Assembly (NCBI GenBank): GCA_947467145.1 | Contig: CANIGJ010000002.1 | Span: 168,441-232,440 of the forward strand | From: Rhodospirillaceae bacterium | GTDB taxonomy: Bacteria; Pseudomonadota; Alphaproteobacteria; Rhodospirillales; UBA2165 | DNA: 64,000 nt | Direction of reading: 5' to 3' | In this document: positions 62,000-64,000 of the stretch, piece by piece | Layout: every line of letters begins with the position of its first letter | How positions within the stretch are numbered: the first letter of the stretch is position 1 | Notes under the pieces: model-generated | The model's database searches: none | What the model was told of the DNA's origin: nothing | Seen by the model: only the letters and a program-made list of their open reading frames with translations | Made by a program: the position numbers and the translations under genes

Positions 62000-64000
62000 T
62001 TACTCAGCGGCCTTCTTCAGACGGCCGTCTTCGATCGCCTTGAGCAGCTTCGGCGGCGACATCGGCAATTCGCTGAGACGCAGGCCCACCGAATTTTCCA
62101 CCGCGTTGATGACGGCAGCCTGCGGCGGCACGATCGGGGTTTCGCCGACGCCGCGCACACCGTACGGGTGATTGGGGTTCGGCTCTTCGATCATGACGGT
62201 ATCGATCATCGGCACGTCGGACGCGACCGGCATGCGGTAATCGAGGAAGCCCGCGTTCTGCAGCTGGCCCTTGGCGTTGTAGACATATTCTTCGTTCAGC
62301 GCCCAGCCGAGGCCCTGCACCGCGCCGCCCTGCATCTGGCCCTCGACATAATCGGGCGAGATGGCGCAGCCGACATCCTGGAACACGGTATAGCGGAGCA
62401 GTTTCACGAAGCCGGTTTCCGGATCGGTCTCAACGTCGACCAAGTGCGCACCGATGGCGGGGCCCTGGCCGGTCGCGTTGATCTCGGCATGGCCGGCGAT
62501 CGGGCCGCCCATCATCGGCGCTTTCTTGGCGAGTTCGGACAGCGACATCGGCGCGAAATCGCCGACATTGGCCGAGGCCGGTTTGGCGTGGCCTTCTTCC
62601 CACTTCACCTGATCGGGCGTGACACCCCAGGCGGCGGCGGCGCGATCGCAGCACACCTTGATCGCGTTGCGCGCGGCTTCAACCACGGCCATGCCGGTGG
62701 CATAGGTCACGCGGCTGCCGGCGGTGAACAGCGTAAAGCCGAGCGAGGCCGTGTCGGCGATGGTGACGCGGACCTTGTCGTACGGGATGCCCAGTTCCTC
62801 GGCGACCATCGCGGCCATCGAGGCACGCGATCCGCCGATATCCGGATTGCCTTCGAGCAGATTGACCGTGCCGTCGTCTTGCACGTTCAAGGTCGCGCAG
62901 CTCATGCCACCGGCATGCATCCAGTAACCGGCGGCGAAACCGCGTCCCTGGTTTTTGCCGAGCGGCGCGTTGTAATGCGGATGGGCTTTCACCGCTTCCA
63001 GCATCTGGATGAAACCGATCGGGCCGTATTTGATGCCGCTCACGTTCACCGTGCCTTGCTTGGCGGCGTTCTTGAGCCGGATGTCGACCGGATCGATCGA
63101 CAGCTTGGTCGCGATTTCGTTGATCACGCCTTCGACGCCGAAGGCGGCCATGGGCACGCCGGGCGCGCGATAGGCCGCGACCTTGGGACGATTGACGCAC
63201 ACGTCGTAACCGACGATGCGGATGTTTTCCAAATCGTATTCGGAGAACATGCAGCCGATGGCGGCCGCCAACCCGGCGCCTTTGAAGGCGCCCGCCTGAT
63301 AGGTCAGCACGCCTTCGGCGGCGACGATGCGGCCGTCGTTCTTGGCGCCGATCTTGATGCGCACATGCGAGCCCGACGTCGGTCCCGTGGAGCGGAACAC
63401 CTCGTCACGGGTCATCACCATTTTGACCGGGCGATGCGCCTTCTGCGACAGCCGGATGGCGAGCGGTTCGCCATAGACCGGCAGCTTGCCGCCGAAGCCG
63501 CCGCCGATTTCCGACGAGGTGACCTTCAGCTTGCCGACCGGCATGCCCAACACCGTCGCGCAGACGGCGCGGAAGTTGAACTGGCCTTGGGTCGAGCACC
63601 ACAATTCGGCCGAGCCGTCCTCGGAGGCATTGGCGACGCAGGCATGCGGCTCGATATAGCCTTGATGCACGGCGGCGGTCTTGAATTCGCGGTCGATGAT
63701 GATGTCGGCTTCGGCGAAGCCTTTTTCGACATCGCCTTTTTCCGCCTTCATCACGCGGAAGACGTTCGACGGTTTCGACGGCTTCGGCTCGACGCCGACG
63801 GTGAATTGATCTTCGTGCAGGATCGGCGCGTCGTCCTTCATCGCATCGACCGGATCGATTACATGCGGCAGGACTTCGTACTCCACTTTGATCAGCTTCA
63901 GCGCTTTTTTGGCGATGGCCTCGCTGGTGGCGGCGACGGCGGCGACGGCATGGCCGTCATAGAGCGCCTTTTCGCGCGCGATGATGTTGCGCGTCACATC
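62000..64000 (-). CDS. Xanthine dehydrogenase/aldehyde oxidase-family molybdopterin-binding large subunit (CoxL-like); the N-terminus lies beyond the window end
   Basis: >665 aa in the window. Blocks YDGHAVAAVAATS, EYEVLP, HQGYIEPHA, GGGFGGK and PYGVRGVGE are typical. The in-window GTG is probably an internal Val. Confidence 0.85.
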   Translation of the reverse strand, partial: DVTRNIIAREKALYDGHAVAAVAATSEAIAKKALKLIKVEYEVLPHVIDPVDAMKDDAPILHEDQFTVGVEPKPSKPSNVFRVMKAEKGDVEKGFAEADIIIDREFKTAAVHQGYIEPHACVANASEDGSAELWCSTQGQFNFRAVCATVLGMPVGKLKVTSSEIGGGFGGKLPVYGEPLAIRLSQKAHRPVKMVMTRDEVFRSTGPTSGSHVRIKIGAKNDGRIVAAEGVLTYQAGAFKGAGLAAAIGCMFSEYDLENIRIVGYDVCVNRPKVAAYRAPGVPMAAFGVEGVINEIATKLSIDPVDIRLKNAAKQGTVNVSGIKYGPIGFIQMLEAVKAHPHYNAPLGKNQGRGFAAGYWMHAGGMSCATLNVQDDGTVNLLEGNPDIGGSRASMAAMVAEELGIPYDKVRVTIADTASLGFTLFTAGSRVTYATGMAVVEAARNAIKVCCDRAAAAWGVTPDQVKWEEGHAKPASANVGDFAPMSLSELAKKAPMMGGPIAGHAEINATGQGPAIGAHLVDVETDPETGFVKLLRYTVFQDVGCAISPDYVEGQMQGGAVQGLGWALNEEYVYNAKGQLQNAGFLDYRMPVASDVPMIDTVMIEEPNPNHPYGVRGVGETPIVPPQAAVINAVENSVGLRLSELPMSPPKLLKAIEDGRLKKAAE

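Noticed and set aside
1-64000. Search for rRNA, tRNA, transposase, integrase and toxin-antitoxin pairs
   Set aside because: By-eye inspection of all intergenic regions longer than 100 bp found no cloverleaf-like or rRNA-like sequence. None of the credible ORFs has transposase, integrase or TA-type signatures. A tRNAscan/Infernal run would be needed to be definitive.

Overview
High-GC bacterial chromosomal segment. 60-nt lines I hand-counted outside 43.9-45.1 kb gave about 55-63% G+C. Gene content, Tat-signal TRAP binding proteins and the type of intergenic palindrome suggest a free-living alphaproteobacterium, but that is inference. I support about 56 protein genes and found no rRNA, tRNA, CRISPR array, transposase or integrase. 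The content is mostly solute uptake and catabolism:
- Two TRAP systems.
- Four paralogous family-5 ABC binding proteins with no cognate permeases in the window.
- One NitT/TauT-type ABC system with three binding-protein paralogs.
- A methylcitrate-cycle cluster (prpC, prpB, prpD plus a family III CoA-transferase).
- Assorted oxidoreductases.
- An ion-homeostasis neighbourhood with two CPA2 antiporters and an MscS-type channel.
- Two single-domain response regulators.
- A GH17 membrane glucan enzyme.
- The 3' part of a molybdo-oxidoreductase cluster.
The stretch most worth a second look is an AT-rich islet at about 43.9-45.6 kb. It holds a DUF2806-like gene divergent from an orphan phage small-terminase-like gene. 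That gene is driven by a near-consensus promoter with an operator-like inverted repeat, and is followed by six TCGACA/TGTCGA hexamers phased at 10 bp. Other non-coding signals are a 67-68 bp palindromic REP-like element in three copies (one with a compensatory stem change), two GGAAC-N16/17-GGTTTTA promoter candidates, and several clear intrinsic terminators. Many long ORFs in the track are antisense shadow ORFs typical of high-GC DNA, and I rejected them.
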